A DNA stretch of 64,000 nt from Desulfobulbaceae bacterium (GTDB lineage: Bacteria; Desulfobacterota; Desulfobulbia; Desulfobulbales; Desulfobulbaceae). Made by a program: the position numbers and the translations under genes. Of this stretch, positions 30,039 to 40,286 are shown in pieces. The DNA lies in contig JABMJC010000001.1 in the NCBI GenBank assembly GCA_013201405.1, positions 13,878-77,877 on the forward strand, given 5' to 3'. The notes beneath the pieces are model-generated. The model did not search any database. It was given only the letters and a program-made list of their open reading frames with translations, and was not told where the DNA came from. Numbering within the stretch: the stretch's first letter is position 1; each line of letters starts with the position of its first letter.

Positions 30039-31811
30039 TTATTGTGCGTTGCCGGCTGGCGTGGTGCTGGCCGCCTGAGGGGCTGCCGCTTTAACCCACA
30101 CCGTTTCTGTATTCCAATTCAAGTGCGCTGCCTCCTTGCTGATACTGCTCGCTCCGGCTACCAGGTCTGTGGCCTGCATGAGTTTGACTATCTCCTGACT
30201 GAAGCGGTTGAAACTCATCCCTGTAGTGGGAACAGCCAGGGAGTTGAGCAGTTCCAGGGTGGATTGCGATTTGCCTGCCAGTTGCGCGGAGCGCAGCAGG
30301 TAGACGCCGCTGTTGGCCTGGCCGAGCATTTTACTCAATTCCGGACCCAGTTGCTCTGCCAAGGTCGCAGGGAGTTTTACGGTCGACTGATTCAGGCTAG
30401 TGAGCAGTGGCTGCACAGAACTTTGCATGGAACCAAGCAAAACAAAGTTGTCGCTCAAGCCCAAAGCCGGAACCAGGCCGATATCGCTCATCAGTGGCCA
30501 GGAGTAAAGCTGGATATTGCCTGCCAGCTGCTGTTCTTGACCGGTAAGGCCAAGGGCAGCGCTCATTTGCTGGTTGAGGGCAGTGGCAATGCTGTTCATG
30601 TTGGTACGGTTACGCACAGAGGCAAAGACCGTTATGTCTGGCAGCGGGAAAATACCGGTTTCCACGACATCATTGAGTACCAGGCCATAGAGCGGACCAA
30701 AGGAAGCGGCTGCATCTTCCAGGGGAATACCAAGGATATCTTGTGCCTCCTGCTGCAGGCTGGCATACTCTTCCTGGTCCTCGGTGGCTATCAGGGCTAG
30801 CAGAGATTCTGGTTTGAGCGAGTAACCCCATTGGAAGAACAGGGTGTGCTCGTTCAGCAGGGCCAGGGGGGCTGGACCTTCAGCTGCGGCTGCATCCACC
30901 ATGGCTTTGAAAACGTCGTGCAGTTGTTCATAGCGCAGCTTGATCCGGCTCTTGTTCTGTAAACCCTTGGTGGTCTTGCCAGTGACATCGTAGCCATAGT
31001 CCATGCCTTGCAGATACGAGGCGATGTCTTGGGTGTCCTGATCTTGATCCAGTCGGGCCAGCAGGGCGGCGATACCGGCCAGGTTGTAATAGGCGCGGCT
31101 GTAGGTGTCGGAGGGTGTGGATTCCTTCCGCCAGAAATCAGTGGCCTCCAGGTATGTGGCCTGTGTCTTCAGGGAGGTGCCGGACTCCTTGGTTTGTATG
31201 GCGGCTACAAGGGGCACCTTGTCTTGGGCCAGGAGAACCAATCCTCCTGCATTGTAGCCGTAGAAAATTTCCCTGCCGTTATCCACCTGGATGCGGGTCA
31301 GCTCCAGACCATCGGTCTGCTCCTTGCTGACGGTGATTCCCTTGGCCATGCCGCCGAAGAGTTCGGCCGCAGCCCCTGCATTGGTGGTGGCGTAGACGAG
31401 CGCTGCGCGGCGGAGGGCCTGTCCCGGATCTTCCGAGAGGAGTTGTGTATCTGGTGGTAGAAGCGCCATGGTCAAATCATCGCCAAAAACCGTACGGAAA
31501 ACCGGATTTTTCATGGTGTTGGTGATGCTGTCAAACCACTGATCATAGGCCTGGATTGTATCAGACGTTGCGTCCATGTCCGCAAGAATGGCGTGCATGG
31601 TGTCTTTGGCGAAAAACTGGCCCAGCGGGCTTGCGGCGAAGTTGTCGGTGACGGTGTTGAGGTTGGTCAGCGAGAGTACCAGCAGGGCATCCTGGGGCAT
31701 GTATTCGGCCAGATCCTCTGCTGTTGGGCTGCTTTGCCGACTTGGTACAAAAAGAACCAAACCGATCACTACAAGCAGTGCAGCGGCAATGGCTATCCAC
31801 ATTTTTTTCAT
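30039..31811 (-). CDS. Membrane-anchored periplasmic hypothetical protein (DUF3352-like)
   Basis: 590 aa; N-terminal TM anchor, LAEYMPQDALL motif; GGAGGG RBS. Confidence 0.6.
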   Translation of the reverse strand: MKKMWIAIAAALLVVIGLVLFVPSRQSSPTAEDLAEYMPQDALLVLSLTNLNTVTDNFAASPLGQFFAKDTMHAILADMDATSDTIQAYDQWFDSITNTMKNPVFRTVFGDDLTMALLPPDTQLLSEDPGQALRRAALVYATTNAGAAAELFGGMAKGITVSKEQTDGLELTRIQVDNGREIFYGYNAGGLVLLAQDKVPLVAAIQTKESGTSLKTQATYLEATDFWRKESTPSDTYSRAYYNLAGIAALLARLDQDQDTQDIASYLQGMDYGYDVTGKTTKGLQNKSRIKLRYEQLHDVFKAMVDAAAAEGPAPLALLNEHTLFFQWGYSLKPESLLALIATEDQEEYASLQQEAQDILGIPLEDAAASFGPLYGLVLNDVVETGIFPLPDITVFASVRNRTNMNSIATALNQQMSAALGLTGQEQQLAGNIQLYSWPLMSDIGLVPALGLSDNFVLLGSMQSSVQPLLTSLNQSTVKLPATLAEQLGPELSKMLGQANSGVYLLRSAQLAGKSQSTLELLNSLAVPTTGMSFNRFSQEIVKLMQATDLVAGASSISKEAAHLNWNTETVWVKAAAPQAASTTPAGNAQ

Positions 31812-31998
31812 GAGCCCTCCTTGGGCACAGGCATGCGCCGTGTGTATTCCTACACCGCTCAGTTATGGAGCGGTTTTCATCATTCCACAAAGGAGTGAAT
31901 GTATCCCCTTTAGCCGTCACATTGCAAGCATATCCCGCTTGCACCCCAGAGAAGAACCGTCAGGAAATAGTTTTCTGTTCATCCGCTTCGGTTCAAGC

Positions 31999-33981
31999 TC
32001 AGTCGTTCAAGTCCGCTTCAATGGCGCTCATCGCTTCCTGGGCCTCTTCCCAGCGTTGATAGGCTCGCTCCAGATGCCGATCCACCTGGGCGTATTCGCG
32101 GCTGACCTCGGCCCAGCGCTGCTGATCGCTGTACAGTTCCGGATCGGCCATCAGGGCTTCCAGTTCGGTCTTGCGCACCTCTTGTCGCTCTATTTCAGCT
32201 TCGGCCGCATCATTTTTCTTTTTCCACGGACCAAGTTTTTTGTTCAGGGCCTGGCGTTCCTGCGCCCGCTGCCTGCGCAGCTCCTTTCTGTCAGGATTGC
32301 GGCCGAACTCTTCACTGTTGTCAGGGACAGCCCCAGCCGCCTGCCCGGAGGCATTGTCCGGGCTGCTCGCCGCCTCCAACTGCTGGCGACGCTCCAGGTA
32401 GTCGTCAATATTGCCCTGGTGCAGGGTGGCACGGCCATCTTTAATTTCCAGCACCTTGTTGACAAAGGAGTTAACGAAAAAGCGGTTGTGCGACACCACA
32501 ATAATCGTGCCCTCATACTGGGCCATGGCCTCTTGCAAAACTTCCTGCGAACTCATGTCCAGGTGGTTGGTGGGTTCGTCCAAGAGCATGAGGTTGGCCG
32601 GCCGTACCAGCATTTTGGCCAAGGCCACCCGCGATTTCTCCCCGCCGGAGAGCACCCGCACCTGCTTTTCTACTGCATCGCCGGTGAAGAGAAAGGCGCC
32701 CAACAGCGAGCGCACCTGGGTGATGCTCATCTCGGTGGCTGCGTGGTAAACGGTATCGACAATGCTTAGCTCGCCGGCCAGTTCTTGGGCCTGGTGCTGG
32801 CCAAAATAAGAAAGCATCACATGATGGCCGTATTTGATGTCTCCCTCCGCTTTCTCCAGTCCGGCCAGTATCTTCAGAAGCGTAGTCTTGCCCGCGCCGT
32901 TCACGCCGATCACCGCCAGCTTGTCGCCCCGCTGCAACGAGAAAGACATATCCTGGAAGACCTTTTTGCCCTTGAAGCTCTTGCCCACACCCTGCAAGGT
33001 GAGCACATCCCGGCCCGAGGCCACGGCTGGCGGAAAACCAAAGCGGATGCTGCGCTCTGTTTCCGAGAGTTCGATCAGCTCCATCTTTTCCAGCTGTTTG
33101 ACCCGGCTCTGCACCTGGCGTGCCTTGGTGGACTTGGCGCGGAAGCGGGTGATGAAGCGTTCGGTCTGGCGGATCAAGGCCTGCTGGTTGTCGTAGGCGG
33201 CCCGTTCCAGCTCCAGGCGCTGCGCCTTTTCCGCCAGATAGTGCGAGTAATTGCCACGAAAGACACTCAACTTGCCCAGGCTCAATTCCCAGGTGATGCT
33301 GGTGATGCGATCGAGAAAGGCACGGTCGTGCGAAATGAGCACCATGGCCCCCTGGTACTGCAAAAGAAAATCTTCCAGCCAGGTGAGGGAGTCGAGGTCC
33401 AGGTGGTTGGTGGGCTCATCCAGCAGCAGCAGCGCTGGTTTTTGCAAGAGCAGCTTGGCCAGAAGCAGACGCATGATCCAGCCGCCGGAAAAACTGCCCA
33501 GATCCCTGTCCAGATCCTCCTGCTTAAAACCAAGACCAAAGAGTACCTGCTCAATGCGGGGCCGCATGCGAAAGAGGTCGCTGTCTTCCAGCAAATGCTG
33601 CAGCTCGCCCTGCCGGGCGAGCAAGCTGTCCATGGCCGCATCATCCGGGCTGATATCAGCCAGCTGCCGGTTGAGTTCCTCCAACTCTTCCTGTTGCGCC
33701 AGCACCGTATCAAAGGCGCTTTGGGCTTCTTCATACAGGGTGCGGCCCCGACCGGCCAAACTCTGCTCCTGGGGCAGGTAGGCCACGGGAAACCAACCAG
33801 CGCGGTTGATAACCCCGGGATCGCTTTCCACAGCACCACACATGATGCGCATCAGGGTAGATTTACCTGCCCCATTGACCCCCACCAGGCCAACCCGGTC
33901 GCCGCTATGGATTTGCGCAGACACCTCCCGGAAGAGGTACTTGCCGCTGTATTGCAAAGAAAGATTGGTGATGCTGAGCAT
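31999..33981 (-). CDS. ABC-F family ATPase
   Basis: Two NBDs (GVNGAGKS/T, FSGGW, LSGGEK, DEPTNHLD twice), no TM helices, C-terminal coiled coil. Confidence 0.92.
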   Translation of the reverse strand: MLSITNLSLQYSGKYLFREVSAQIHSGDRVGLVGVNGAGKSTLMRIMCGAVESDPGVINRAGWFPVAYLPQEQSLAGRGRTLYEEAQSAFDTVLAQQEELEELNRQLADISPDDAAMDSLLARQGELQHLLEDSDLFRMRPRIEQVLFGLGFKQEDLDRDLGSFSGGWIMRLLLAKLLLQKPALLLLDEPTNHLDLDSLTWLEDFLLQYQGAMVLISHDRAFLDRITSITWELSLGKLSVFRGNYSHYLAEKAQRLELERAAYDNQQALIRQTERFITRFRAKSTKARQVQSRVKQLEKMELIELSETERSIRFGFPPAVASGRDVLTLQGVGKSFKGKKVFQDMSFSLQRGDKLAVIGVNGAGKTTLLKILAGLEKAEGDIKYGHHVMLSYFGQHQAQELAGELSIVDTVYHAATEMSITQVRSLLGAFLFTGDAVEKQVRVLSGGEKSRVALAKMLVRPANLMLLDEPTNHLDMSSQEVLQEAMAQYEGTIIVVSHNRFFVNSFVNKVLEIKDGRATLHQGNIDDYLERRQQLEAASSPDNASGQAAGAVPDNSEEFGRNPDRKELRRQRAQERQALNKKLGPWKKKNDAAEAEIERQEVRKTELEALMADPELYSDQQRWAEVSREYAQVDRHLERAYQRWEEAQEAMSAIEADLND

Positions 33982-33996
33982 GGTGTTGGGTCAGGG

Positions 33997-35043
33997 TCAG
34001 GTTGTATTATGAGAAGAAAGTACCTGCATCTGCAGGCTCTGGCGGGGCAGGCAGGCATCGGTGCGCAAGATGAAGCGGGAGCGCAGGCCAAGGGCTTCCA
34101 GACGCTTGAGATTGGCGCGCCGTATGCCGGTAAAGATGGACATATCGCCTGGGGCAATGCGCAGAATGCAGGGTTCGGGCCCGCGATGCCGGCTCAGGAG
34201 TTTGCGGGTCTTCTTAAGCATGAGCCTGGCTGCGACCTGTTCGCCAAAGGCGGGATGATAGGGTCCGGCCAGAATGTTCTGTTCCAGTTCCAGGCTAGGT
34301 TGCAAACCCATGCGGATAACCGCAAGCCCGTGGGCATCGAAGCGTTTTTTCATGTAGGCAGTGAAGAGTACGGCCTTGGGAAGGGAGAGCGGTTGAAAGC
34401 CGCCGCCGCGCCATTCCTTTTCCAGGGCGCTGCCGCGGAGCACTACCAAGGGATAAATACGGATACAGTTGGGCTGCTCGCGGATACAGGCAGCGGTCAT
34501 CCGGCGTATGCCGGCAAAGCTTTCTCCAGGCATACCGACCATGAGCTGCCAGCCCAGCTGTAGTCCAGAGGCACGGATACATGCCGAGGCGCGCAGACTG
34601 TCGGCATGGCTATGTCCACGACGTGCGCGTGCAAGCACGCTGTCATCACAGGACTGCACTCCCAGTTCAATCAGGCAAACACCGTGCTGGCGTAACAGGT
34701 GCAGCTGGTCTTGCTCGATATAATCCGGCCGGGTGGAAAGGCGGATACCATGCACCAGCCCTGCTTTAAGATAGGGCTGTACTGCAGTTAAAAGTTCGAC
34801 TTGGCGCTTCTGGGACAGGGCAGTGAAACTGCCGCCATAGAAGGCAACCTGTACCAGTTTTTTCCGTTGAGGGCGCAACCGGGCAAGCCAGGTCTCTATG
34901 TGCAGATGGATTTCCTGCGGGGTCAGGCGCGTATGGTGGGGCTGGCCCGGGCGGTCAAGGGGACGGGTATGGAACTGGTTGCAGTAACTGCAGGCATGCG
35001 GGCAACCTTCGTGGGGGATAAAAAGGGGAATAATCGTAGGCAT
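33997..35043 (-). CDS. Radical SAM protein (Elp3-like N-terminal/YhcC-like family)
   Basis: IIPLFIPHEGCPHACSYC CxxxCxxC, VAFYGGSFT, IRLSTRPD, ELGVQS. Confidence 0.88.
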   Translation of the reverse strand: MPTIIPLFIPHEGCPHACSYCNQFHTRPLDRPGQPHHTRLTPQEIHLHIETWLARLRPQRKKLVQVAFYGGSFTALSQKRQVELLTAVQPYLKAGLVHGIRLSTRPDYIEQDQLHLLRQHGVCLIELGVQSCDDSVLARARRGHSHADSLRASACIRASGLQLGWQLMVGMPGESFAGIRRMTAACIREQPNCIRIYPLVVLRGSALEKEWRGGGFQPLSLPKAVLFTAYMKKRFDAHGLAVIRMGLQPSLELEQNILAGPYHPAFGEQVAARLMLKKTRKLLSRHRGPEPCILRIAPGDMSIFTGIRRANLKRLEALGLRSRFILRTDACLPRQSLQMQVLSSHNTT

Positions 35044-35061
35044 GGCAAAGGCAGACACGGG

Positions 35062-35802
35062 TCAGTGTTTTTCCTGGCTACCCTGGCGCAGGTGCAGCAG
35101 AGCTGCCTGGGCTGCCTGCTGTTCCGCCTCTTTTTTGCTGCCTGCCTGCCCACGGCCAAGTTCCTGCCCACGAAAGCTGACAGATACCGAGAAAATGCGG
35201 GCATGGGCAGGCCCCTCCTCGCCGCAGAGAGTGTAGCAAGGGCCTTCGTTGTGGTGTTCTTGAAGGTACTCCTGCAGGGCGCTTTTGGCGTCACTGCTCA
35301 AGAGCTGTTCCTGTTGCGTGTCCAGCTGTTTTTCAAAGTGGCGGCGGACAAAGTCCAGAGCGGTATCATAGCCAGCATCCAGGAAGATGGCGCCCAGAAG
35401 TGCCTCATAGGCACTGGAAAGGATGGATGGTTTGTCACGACCACCAGAGCTCTCCTCTCCCTTACCCAGGAGCAGATGTTCACCCAAATGTATTGCCCTG
35501 GCACTGGTGGTGAGCCCATTTTCACTGACCAGGGCTGCACGGATACGGGTGAGTTTGCCTTCACGCAGCTCCGGGAAGCGGGTAAGCAGGATAAAGCCCA
35601 AGGTCAAGTCCAGGACAGAATCGCCCAAAAACTCCAGGGTTTCATTGTGCTGGCTGGCATATGGATTTTCAAAGGCAAAAGAGCTGTGAATCAGCGCCCG
35701 CAGGAGCAGCAACTGGGAGTTGAACTGGTGGCCGATTCGCTCCTGCAGGATGCGGAGGCTTTCTTCGGTATCTTGTAAAAGGGCAGGCAGGGTGCTAGGC
35801 AT
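35062..35802 (-). CDS. rnc: Ribonuclease III
   Basis: ALIHSS, NETLEFLGDSVL signature, dsRBD (DAKSALQE..GPAH..KKEAEQQAA). Confidence 0.96.
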   Translation of the reverse strand: MPSTLPALLQDTEESLRILQERIGHQFNSQLLLLRALIHSSFAFENPYASQHNETLEFLGDSVLDLTLGFILLTRFPELREGKLTRIRAALVSENGLTTSARAIHLGEHLLLGKGEESSGGRDKPSILSSAYEALLGAIFLDAGYDTALDFVRRHFEKQLDTQQEQLLSSDAKSALQEYLQEHHNEGPCYTLCGEEGPAHARIFSVSVSFRGQELGRGQAGSKKEAEQQAAQAALLHLRQGSQEKH

Positions 35803-35890
35803 ATGTATGGTGACTGTTTTTGGACAACAATATAATAGTTTTTTATGCCTCTTAACTTGAGGCCCGTAGATTTCTTAATAGATTTCTTAC

Positions 35891-35919
35891 TTGTCAAACG
35901 CTTGCCTATTGTTTAAGTT
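35891..35919 (+). promoter_or_regulatory. Sigma70 promoter of tRNA-Cys
   Basis: TTGTCA-N17-TAAGTT 16 nt upstream of the mature tRNA. Confidence 0.6.
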
Positions 35920-35935
35920 GGGCAGCAGTTACGTT

Positions 35936-36010
35936 GGCGACGTAGCCAAGCGGTAAGGCAGTGGTCTGCAAAACCATTATTCAGCGGTTCAAATCCGCTC
36001 GTCGCCTCCA
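35936..36010 (+). tRNA. tRNA-Cys(GCA)
   Basis: GGCGACG/CGTCGCC acceptor stem, anticodon loop CTGCAAA, GGTTCAAATCC T-loop, encoded CCA. Confidence 0.97.
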
Positions 36011-36018
36011 GCATGCTC

Positions 36019-36054
36019 AAGCGGTCTGCGCATCCACGCGCAGGCCGCTTTTTT
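36019..36054. terminator. Terminator between convergent tRNA-Cys and thpR
   Basis: AAGCGGTCTGCGC/GCGCAGGCCGCTT stem plus T-run. Confidence 0.7.
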
Positions 36055-36616
36055 ATTCCCCGTTTCCCTGCTCCTGCGTCGACAAGGCATATTCGACTTC
36101 TGCCAGGTGTGTAGCCCCATTGCGGCCGAGCACGCTGGAATACAAGGTAAAGTGCTCCACCATAAAAGGAGTACTGTTAAAAAGCGCATGCGCGCCCAGG
36201 TAGCGCTGCAGTCGGGGAAGTGCGCCTTCCTGCAGTCGTGCCAGGGTGATGTGGGGTATAAATTTACGTTTTTCCAGTGTTATACCACTGTGGCGCAGTT
36301 GGGTGGTCACCTTGCGTTGCAGGATTGTCAAAGTGCTACTTGTCTGCACACCGGTCCACAGTACTCGCGGCGTGCGCCGGGGGGGAAACAGGCCAAGCCC
36401 TTTCAGCTTGAGGGTAAAGGCAGGGGTCGCCACTTCCTGCAGGGCCTCCTGGATATCGAGGAAGCTGTTGCTGCTGACCTCGCCGATGAAGCACAAAGTC
36501 AGGTGCAACTGTTCCGGTGGAGTCCAGCGCACATCGGGCAGGCCGGTGCATAGTGCCGTCAGCTCGTCTCGCACCTGTGCCGGTGGATCGAGCGCGACAA
36601 AAAGTCTTTTGGTCAT
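36053..36616 (-). CDS. thpR: RNA 2',3'-cyclic phosphodiesterase (2H family)
   Basis: Two HxT motifs (LHLTLCFIG, PHITLAR), RLFVAL N-terminus. Confidence 0.92.
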   Translation of the reverse strand: MTKRLFVALDPPAQVRDELTALCTGLPDVRWTPPEQLHLTLCFIGEVSSNSFLDIQEALQEVATPAFTLKLKGLGLFPPRRTPRVLWTGVQTSSTLTILQRKVTTQLRHSGITLEKRKFIPHITLARLQEGALPRLQRYLGAHALFNSTPFMVEHFTLYSSVLGRNGATHLAEVEYALSTQEQGNGE

Positions 36617-36679
36617 GGTAGTGTTTCAACAGGTGAACGGCGCGGCCGTTCTGCCATGGTATTACATAGTTTGTGTGGT

Positions 36680-37528
36680 CTATGCGGGTGTGCCTGTATC
36701 CCAATCCATGCCGATATCACAGGCCGGGGCTGAATGGGTAAGGCCACCAATGGAAATAATATCCACCCCGCTTTCGCCAATGGCCCGCACATTGTCCATA
36801 TTGACCCCGCCCGAGGCCTCCACCAGGGCCCGGCCATCGATCAAAGCTACGGCCTCACGCATGAGCGCAGGCGGCATATTGTCGAGCATGATCAGCCCCA
36901 CCTTGAGTTGCAGGCATTCCTTCACTTCGGCAAGCGTCGTGGTTTCCACTTCGACGTTGATGGTGTGCGGTACCCGGCTGCGCACCCGCCGCACTGCCTC
37001 GGTGATGGAGCCGCAGGCCGCGATGTGGTTATCTTTGATGAGCACGCCGTCGCTTAAGCTGTAGCGATGGTTGTGGCCCCCGCCCACCCGCACTGCGTAC
37101 TTCTCCAAAAGCCGCAGGCCGGGTGTGGTTTTACGGGTATCAGTGATGACCACCGGCAAATCCTGCACCTGCTCGACAAAGGCCCGGGTGTAGGTGGCAA
37201 TGCCACAGAGCCGTTGTACCAGGTTGAGCGCCACCCGCTCACCCCGCAGCATGGAGCGGGTTGGTCCGCTGATCTTGAGCAGGACTGCGCCTGCCTCCAC
37301 CCGGGTGCCGTCTGCCACGGCCCGGGTGCAGCGCACCTCGCTATCGAGCAAGGCAAAGACCCGGGCAGCCACGCTGGCCATGCCGGCCGAAACCATGGCG
37401 CATCTGGAGATAAAAGAGGCACTGGCGTGATCGTTTTGGGTAAAGATAGCTTCAGTGGTGATATCACCGTGTTCCAGATCTTCCGTAAGGAAACGGTGCA
37501 GCAGGGGATCAAGTAAAAAGGTGTCCAT
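36680..37528 (-). CDS. nadC: Nicotinate-nucleotide pyrophosphorylase (carboxylating)
   Basis: GERVALN, DTRKTTPGLR, HRYSLSD, IKDNH, MLDN, EASGG. Confidence 0.96.
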   Translation of the reverse strand: MDTFLLDPLLHRFLTEDLEHGDITTEAIFTQNDHASASFISRCAMVSAGMASVAARVFALLDSEVRCTRAVADGTRVEAGAVLLKISGPTRSMLRGERVALNLVQRLCGIATYTRAFVEQVQDLPVVITDTRKTTPGLRLLEKYAVRVGGGHNHRYSLSDGVLIKDNHIAACGSITEAVRRVRSRVPHTINVEVETTTLAEVKECLQLKVGLIMLDNMPPALMREAVALIDGRALVEASGGVNMDNVRAIGESGVDIISIGGLTHSAPACDIGMDWDTGTPA

Positions 37529-37530
37529 GG

Positions 37531-40212
37531 TCAGCCCAGGGCCTGCATACGTTGGATGGATTCTTGATTTTTTGCGAGCCTGGCCTCCAGTTCCTGCGCC
37601 TTTTCGCGCTCCTTGGCCACCACCGCCGCAGGCGCCTTGCCGGTGAACTGCTTGTTGGCAAGCTTGGCGTTGATGCGGGTCAGTTCCTGTTGCAACTTGC
37701 CCCGCTCTCTGGTCAGTTTTTCCAGCTCACCCGCCACGTCAATCAAACCCTTGAGCGGCACCACCAGCTCCACATCCTGCACCAGGGCATGGCCAGCGTC
37801 GTTGGGCACCTTCCCTTCCGCAGCAAAAGTCAGCTCACTGGCTCTGGTCAGGGCCATAATGTCGGCCTGGTAGCGGTGCAGGAGAGCACGTTTTTCCTCG
37901 TTGGCGCAGAAAATGCTCGCCTTGATCTGCGCGCCCGGATGCAACTCCGCCCCGGTGCGGATGGTGCGCAGGCCGGAAATGACCTCCATCAAAAGTTTCA
38001 TCTCTTCCTCGGCCTGGGCATCGTCCCAAGAGGATGACGGCTCTGGAAAGGGGGCCAGCATCAGGTAAGCACGCTCACCGGGCAGGTGACTCCAGATTTC
38101 CTCGGTAACAAAGGGAATGATGGGGTGCAGGAGCGCAAGCGTTTGCTCCAGTACGGTCAGCAAGGTGGCGCGGGCCTCGCTAACAACAGCGGTATCCTTG
38201 CTAAAAAGATCTGGCTTGATCCATTCCAGGTACCAATCGCAGAAAAAGTGCCAGACAAACTGGTAGCAGCTGGAGGCTGCCTCGTTGAAGTTGTAGTGGT
38301 CTAGGGCTGCGCGCACCTCGCGGATGGTGGCATTGGCACGACTCAAAATCCAGCGGTGGGCCAGGCCTTGGGGCCGTTCACCTTCGGTGAGCGGTTTGAT
38401 GCCACTGTCTTGGCTCAGGTGCATTTCCGCAAAACGGGCCGCGTTCCATAGCTTGTTGATGAAGCGGCGGTAGCCGTCCACCCGCTCCTCATCCAGGCGG
38501 ATTTCCCGGCCCTGGGCGGCAAAGGCGGTGAGGGTGAAGCGCAGGGCATCAGTGCCGTACTGGGCAATCATATCCAGCGGATCAATAACATTGCCGGTTG
38601 ATTTCGACATCTTCTTGCCGAACTTGTCGCGCACCAGGGCGTGCAGATACACGTCTTTGAAGGGCACCTCGTCCATGAAGTGCAGGCCCATCATCATCAT
38701 GCGCGCCACCCAGAAAAAGAGGATGTCAAAACTGGTGATGAGCACCGAGGTGGGGTAGAAGGTGGCGAGTTCTTTGGTCTTTTCCGGCCAGCCCAGGGTG
38801 GAGAAGGGCCACAGGGCCGAACTGAACCAGGTATCGAGCACGTCTTCTTCCTGGACAAGACTGCTGCTGCCGCAGAAGGGACAGATATCTGGATCATCCA
38901 CAGCCACAATGAGTTTACTGCAGGCGCGACAGGTCCAGGCCGGGATACGGTGGCCCCACCAGATCTGGCGGGAGATGCACCAGTCGCGGATGTTATCCAT
39001 CCAGTTGTAGAAGGTCTTGTACCAGGTGTCGGGGTAGATTTTGATGCGGCCTTCCTGCACCGCAGCCACTGCCTTGTCGGCCAGGGGCCGCACCGACACG
39101 AACCACTGCTCCGACACATTGGGATCTATCACCGTATGGCAGCGGTAGCAGCAGCCGACTGCATGGCGGTAGGGCTCTTCCTTGATCAAAAAACCTTGGG
39201 CCTTCAGATCGGCAACGATCTGGCGGCGGCAGGAAGACTGATCCTGGCCGGCATAGGGCCCGGCGTTTTCATTCATGATGCCGCTGTCGTCCAGCACCTT
39301 GAGCTGGGGCAGATCGTGACGCAGACCCATTTCATAGTCGTTGCGGTCATGGGCGGGCGTAACTTTGAGCGCGCCGGTGCCGAACTCGCGCTCCACATAG
39401 CTGTCGCAGATAAGCGGAATGCTGCGGCCGCTAAGCGGCAGCTCGATCATGGCTCCGTGCAGATGGCTGTAGCGCTCATCCTCCGGATGCACAGCCACGG
39501 CCGTGTCGCCCAACATGGTTTCAGGCCTGGTGGTGGCAACCACGACCTCGCCTGTACCCCCGCTTACCGGGTAGCGGATATGGTAGAGGAGGTCGTCGCG
39601 CTCTTCGTGCTCGACCTCGTCATCGGCCAGGGCGGTGTGGCAGCGCGGGCACCAGTTGATGATGTAGTGCCCCTTGTAGATCAGCCCTTCGTTATAGAGG
39701 CGGACAAAAACCTCGCGCACTGCCTGGGAGAGGCCGTCATCCATGGTAAAGCGCTCACGCTCCCAGTCGCAGGAGGCGCCCAAACGCTTGAGCTGGTTGA
39801 CAATGGTGCCACCCTTTTCCTTCCGCCATTGCCAGACCCGTTCGATAAAGGCGTCTCGCCCCAAATCGTGGCGGTTTTTTCCCTCGCTGGCCAACTGCCG
39901 TTCCACCACGTTTTGGGTGGCAATGCCGGCATGATCTGTACCAGGAGCCCACAAGGTGTTATCGCCTTGCATGCGGTGATAGCGCACCAGAATATCCTGC
40001 AGGGTATTGTTGAGGGCATGGCCAATGTGGAGCACACCGGTGACATTGGGCGGTGGAATGACAATGCTGAAGGCGGCTTTGTCTGCTGCCATGGCAGCGG
40101 CAAAGGTATCGTCTTTAAGCCATTTGGCAAGCCAGCGCTCTTCCACTGTACTGAACTCGTAGGTTTTGCTAAGCCCGCCTGGATTTTCAGATTGCTGTAC
40201 AGATGCTTCCAT
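37531..40212 (-). CDS. valS: Valine--tRNA ligase
   Basis: PPPNVTG.LHIGH, DWCISRQIWWGHRIP, KMSKS, C-terminal coiled-coil arm. Confidence 0.97.
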   Translation of the reverse strand: MEASVQQSENPGGLSKTYEFSTVEERWLAKWLKDDTFAAAMAADKAAFSIVIPPPNVTGVLHIGHALNNTLQDILVRYHRMQGDNTLWAPGTDHAGIATQNVVERQLASEGKNRHDLGRDAFIERVWQWRKEKGGTIVNQLKRLGASCDWERERFTMDDGLSQAVREVFVRLYNEGLIYKGHYIINWCPRCHTALADDEVEHEERDDLLYHIRYPVSGGTGEVVVATTRPETMLGDTAVAVHPEDERYSHLHGAMIELPLSGRSIPLICDSYVEREFGTGALKVTPAHDRNDYEMGLRHDLPQLKVLDDSGIMNENAGPYAGQDQSSCRRQIVADLKAQGFLIKEEPYRHAVGCCYRCHTVIDPNVSEQWFVSVRPLADKAVAAVQEGRIKIYPDTWYKTFYNWMDNIRDWCISRQIWWGHRIPAWTCRACSKLIVAVDDPDICPFCGSSSLVQEEDVLDTWFSSALWPFSTLGWPEKTKELATFYPTSVLITSFDILFFWVARMMMMGLHFMDEVPFKDVYLHALVRDKFGKKMSKSTGNVIDPLDMIAQYGTDALRFTLTAFAAQGREIRLDEERVDGYRRFINKLWNAARFAEMHLSQDSGIKPLTEGERPQGLAHRWILSRANATIREVRAALDHYNFNEAASSCYQFVWHFFCDWYLEWIKPDLFSKDTAVVSEARATLLTVLEQTLALLHPIIPFVTEEIWSHLPGERAYLMLAPFPEPSSSWDDAQAEEEMKLLMEVISGLRTIRTGAELHPGAQIKASIFCANEEKRALLHRYQADIMALTRASELTFAAEGKVPNDAGHALVQDVELVVPLKGLIDVAGELEKLTRERGKLQQELTRINAKLANKQFTGKAPAAVVAKEREKAQELEARLAKNQESIQRMQALG

Positions 40213-40286
40213 TAAAATAGTTCAATAATGCTGGGGGTTAGAGAGAAAGAAAGTGTGACAGTGGCCATGCCGGAGGAGATGCTCTT

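Noticed and set aside
32785-34563. 592-aa plus-strand ORF
   Set aside because: Antisense shadow of the ABC-F and radical SAM genes, typical of GC-rich codon bias; no motifs
38641-40215. 524-aa plus-strand ORF
   Set aside because: Antisense shadow of valS
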